Shown one piece after another: positions 59,348 through 64,000 of a stretch of 64,000 nucleotides of DNA. Made by a program: the position numbers and the translations under genes. The DNA is from Lytechinus pictus. Its lineage: Eukaryota. The first letter of the stretch is position 1; the number at the start of each line of letters is the position of its first letter. Location: the NCBI RefSeq assembly GCF_037042905.1, contig NC_087246.1, forward strand, positions 55,614,001-55,678,000, written 5' to 3'. A model generated the notes under the pieces. The model was not told where the DNA came from. It saw only the letters and a program-made list of their open reading frames with translations, and did not search any database.

Positions 59348-62300
59348 AAGGTCTCATAACCTGGTCCTTCACCCTCCAGTATTACACCTTGGGGGTGTTT
59401 CACAAAAAATTAATTCATGCTTATGTGCCAGTGCGCACATGATATATGCTATATATCACACACAACTGGAAATTTAAAAGCAATGTTCAATCATATTTAA
59501 GTCCTTGTGAATCACCTTCCTTGCTTGATGTGTGATACTCATGATTTAGCATCAGGTAAAATTGATCTTGGTGTAACTTAGTAAAGTGTAAGTCTACCAA
59601 CAACACATTCATTGGAATAAATGGAGACAAAAAAATAATCAAACACTGAAAATGTCATTCATCCGGTCAGATGGGAATAAAGGAGATATTGGTGTTTTAA
59701 AGTTATTGGTGATAATTTCAGTGAATGCTTGTTTGTTTTCCTCTTTTTGTTGAAATCAACTTGTTGTTGGATGTGGACTTTGAATTAGATCTGGGCAAGG
59801 TGGTTAAAAAAAGGTATCTAGGACCATCTAACTCACTTCCTTTAAAGCCAAGTTTGATGCTGCAGGGATAAAATATGTCAGGTTTATGTTTCATTAGATT
59901 TTTCTTGCAGATTGTAGACAAGAGATTCCTGGCTATCTACGGACTTACTGACCACTTGCAAAAGCAAATAAGCTTTTATGATAAAAATTACTTTTTGCTG
60001 CCTCTGGCATATCTGGACAAATAATATGAGCTGACACTTTTCTAACTTTTACAGGGAGAGCAAAAATAAATGTTTCAATTTTTCTTGAAATATGATTTGA
60101 AATGTCTTGACTGCCCACATGTTCCACCGCTGTCACATAACATCACACAAAGATATATTCCTACAAACCAAACTTAATTTTTTGTAATGTGGAAATTCAT
60201 AAAATTTTCATCTAAAAATTGTCAAATTCTGAGGGTTTTATACATTTTGAAAATGTTATCATACAACATTTTGCCCAATTTCAAGGCCAAATAATGCTGT
60301 GAGATATATTTTCATGTAATTAATATTCATGTTGTGCAATCAAATAAAAATGGAAATATTCCCACTTGAATCACTTTTCAGTTTTCCCATGAAACTTGAG
60401 GCTTCACAGGTTGCCACCAAAGGCTAGAGTGCACCTGTGCATTTTTTGTTGTACTTCTTTTGAAATTGGAAGATCCATGAATTTGCAGTTCGTTGTCACT
60501 CCATCCTTTTTACGTCTATGATTTGATCTGAAGTGTTGGGCTGGTATATACAAAGAGAATGAATATCCAAAGTACATGCAAAGATTTTGGTTGATGGTAG
60601 GATATGGTATTTTAAGATAAATTTAAATTTGTCTTCCAATCTTCATGATCTAGATAGAGATTCAAAGAATCCCGTCATTTCTCTGATTCCTATTTTGTAT
60701 ATTCTTCTCCAATTCTCTTTATCCTATTGCTTTGAATTATATGGGCCGGCCTCAATATTTTTTCCTCACTTTTCTTTCCATCTCACAATCAATTATTGTC
60801 TTTGTTTCATCCAGTCTCCCTATTTTTTTCTATCTTTCTCTTACATTGTCCATCTGCACCGACACTGCTACCAGCACCCATACAAAGAAACGTCACTTTC
60901 TATTTGCACATTTGCTCGAGTAGTGCTAAAACAGAGAAGTTGAAGTTCAAGGGTTATGATGGTGGTATTTTTATGAGGGGTCAGTTATTTCTGTTTGGTA
61001 TTTCAGTAATAGCTATTTACATTCAATGGGAGAGTATAACGGGAGTATAGTAGTTGTGACAGTAACGAGCTATGAAACATTAGAAACGGCACCCTCCTTC
61101 GGGAGCTTGTAACCAGCTGGTAAGGACAGGGGAGGGGTTACGAGCTTTTTCATTTTCCTTTTATCTTGGTTTCAGAAAGCATTTAGTAGATGTTGAGTGA
61201 TTCTTTCCATGAGTTTAGAGCTGACAACGATATTGAATGGCAATCTGTGATTATAACGACCTTTGTTTATCTCATTTCAAATATACAGATATTGAAACCT
61301 TGAAGCATATTATTTTAAAAGGGATAGTTGCACCCTTTCCCTTATGCAAGTATTTATTACTTTATAATACTAATTGAAGACAGTTAGAGTTTGATGACAA
61401 TTTCAAATAAAAGGAACTCATATTACACATAGATTTACTGTTATCTGTTATTCATACAGCCAATCAGAGCTCTCTCTATACATGTAGGCCTATACATATA
61501 TTTAAACACAATTTGTTTCTTTCAGCTTTCATTTTCCCTTATTTGATTTTGTCTTCTGTGTATTCTTGTATATAGGAATTCAATCATTACAACCAAATCA
61601 TGAAGAAAATAACACCTCTATCTTTTCTTTAGCTTTAAAATACTAAACTATCAAAAAATATCGGTGAATAAAATGAGAGATATTACTGTACTGGTAAAAT
61701 CTGTAAACCTCAAACAGGGGACTGTGAATTTTGAAATGGGAAAATAATACTTCAAGGAAACAGCCTCAAGCCAGAGACAAATTTTAAGGAAATACGCTGT
61801 CAAAGAACCTCCGAACACCCAAGAAGACAAAACATTTGTCCGTCAGAAATTCCTTTTCCCCGACACGCAGGTAGCCAGCCGTGCATACATCTAATCTCAT
61901 AACTCTATAACAGCCGTGCACCGTTGTTGATTCATACACTGCTCAAATCATCTCTTTGATCGGCCGTCATCTTTTTAAATTTCGACATAAAATGGAGGCT
62001 GAGTCAGGTACGTTTGCGAGACATTTCTGGCGCAGCTGTACGTCGGTTAATCCCTTGTATGCAAGCTGACCCGTCATTCAAACGCCATGTTAACATGACA
62101 CAGAACATGTTATGACTTAAAAAAGGGGCTCTGACATCGGGATGATTATCTAGGGGGATAAAAAGAGTATGTATGACAAGATATATGTATGTCTTTTAAA
62201 AGCAGCAAACCTGCAAGAAGATGCTGTGAGAAGCTTAGTCATCATTAAGGACGTTTAACCCATAAAAGAGCCAACATCTTATCATTTACTAAACTGCATT

Positions 62301-64000
62301 TAGAAATTGAAAAACGGTACTACTTTTGAAGTGATGTGGATTGGAATTTGATTTTTTTCTCAGGAGCTACAACGAAACATACAGAAAAAAGGTGTCACAT
62401 TCAAACAAGATGTCATTTATTTAATTGATTACATTAAAATCATTCAAGATTTTTAAAGTATAATGGAGTAAGAAAAGAAAAACATTCATTGTTTGCTTTC
62501 TAAAATAAAGTAAAAGAATATAGAAAGCTATGCAATGCAATATATTTTTTTCTTATTTTTAATGGTGCTGTTTCCTCAAAGCAATAAATAGAAATCATGG
62601 AGTCTTTTACAAACCTAGATGGTATTTTTTTTTAGAAACTACCTCATTTAAAATTTTTCCTACAGAAATCTGCAAACATGATTCGAGAGACTCACTAAAA
62701 AAAAATTCCTGGCAGAAACCGGCAAAGTTCTCTTGACGCCGAAACTTTCAATATATAAAAAAAACACTTGATAGATCATATAAAGTGGGTTGGTAATAAA
62801 GAGGCAGTGAACAAAAACAGGCCAAACCAAAGTACTTACAGTTTTAGCAATAAATATATTGTAGTTAATGTTAGGTGATGGAATTAAAATGGTCACTCTT
62901 TCCTTTTCTGGATCTTAAAAAAATTAATGATGCGAAATCTGGTATATTCCTACTCCATCCCCCCCCATATCTTCATTTCTATCATATTTTCAATTTACCT
63001 TTCCCTCTCAGGATTCTTCTGTTTCTTATTCTCATGCTGAATGATTTTGTGCAATGGGTAAAATGTTCCATATTATCCTTCATTGATTTCCCCCTCTGCC
63101 CGATTACTTTTACCCCCCCCCTCGTCTTTTCTTTCCATCCATTCAATTATTCTATCAATCCATCTTTTCCCCTTGATTCATCCACCCTCAACCCTCTCCC
63201 GTCCATTCTCTTCATCCAATGCTTCCTCGTTGAATAAATATTTTTATACAATGTTGGGTTAGAGAATGGCAAGCACGCCATAAATAAAGCCGGTTCTCCC
63301 TTGATTCTTGCCTAAAGTGTCTGGCGCTATGACAGTGATCGATACATCATTAGCTGTGAGAAACACCGAGAGTGAAAGCACAAACAGAGTGTCTCTTTCC
63401 CTTTGAGGGGTGCTGATACCGCTCTAACAACCAAGGCAAACCAACAACAGGGTAGGCCATTTGTTTTGGTAGAAGCAGCACCTTGTGGTCATTTTTATGA
63501 GCATCTCGTTGTCTCTAGAGGGCGGCTGTGGGTGAGAGTAGTAACGGGGTTGGTGACCAAGCTGGGTAAAGTTCAGTGCCAAGGTGAGGGTATAGAGACC
63601 CTTATTCTCGTGAACTCGAGATAGACAAATACAGATAGATGAGTGAAAGATAGAAAGACAGAAAAGAAAAAGAAAATTGAGATCAAAACATAGTAGGTAA
63701 AAAGAAATGCAGATAGAAATCCTATTTCTGAAGAAAACTGAAACTCACACAGATAGAGAGTACACTTCTGATTTTCAATATCAAGTATTTTTTCAACAAC
63801 AAAACATAGCAAACATCTCCCTATAGAATATGACACCTCCACCCTGCTTCTTTCTCCCTCTCTTATTTCTCTCACCATTTCCATTGCACGAACAGGATTT
63901 ACTCAATATGACTATCAATTCCTTTCATTACAGTTGCAGGGTTTTTTCCAAACATAAACAAAAAATCCAAGTTCTTCAATCTCCCTCTCTGCGGCAGTGC

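Noticed and set aside
54000-64000. Upstream Sowah exons or an Irx homeobox
   Set aside because: None recognised; the short ORFs here are low-complexity or random.

Overview
AT-rich eukaryotic DNA with GT-AG introns. The repeat repertoire and gene divergence suggest an invertebrate deuterostome, probably a sea urchin or other echinoderm (inference). Two host genes sit tail-to-tail. (1) On +, a complete multi-exon FTO orthologue (Fe(II)/2-oxoglutarate RNA demethylase), coding exons 14318-24411 with a probable first exon at 5760-5849. The HxD...H triad and the R96/R316/R322 equivalents are intact, and intron positions and phases match human FTO. (2) On -, the 3' half of an intron-containing Sowah ankyrin gene (exons 53550 down to 29663), including a 6-nt microexon and an alternative C-terminus. 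FTO was originally described as restricted to vertebrates and marine algae. Sowah is the ancient bystander gene of the Iroquois regulatory block, and vertebrate FTO flanks IRX3/5/6. The adjacency therefore points to a pre-vertebrate FTO-Sowah-(Irx) block and predicts Irx genes to the right of the window. The remainder is transposon-rich: an L2/Crack-type LINE 3' part, a HERO-type non-LTR element with a 16-bp TSD nested in a TTAA MITE, a Penelope-like inverted pLTR, tRNA-derived SINEs and many MITEs. One (TA)n-embedded cassette carries a fully paired tRNA cloverleaf with an opal (UCA) anticodon. All alignments were done by eye against recalled sequences; no searches were run.
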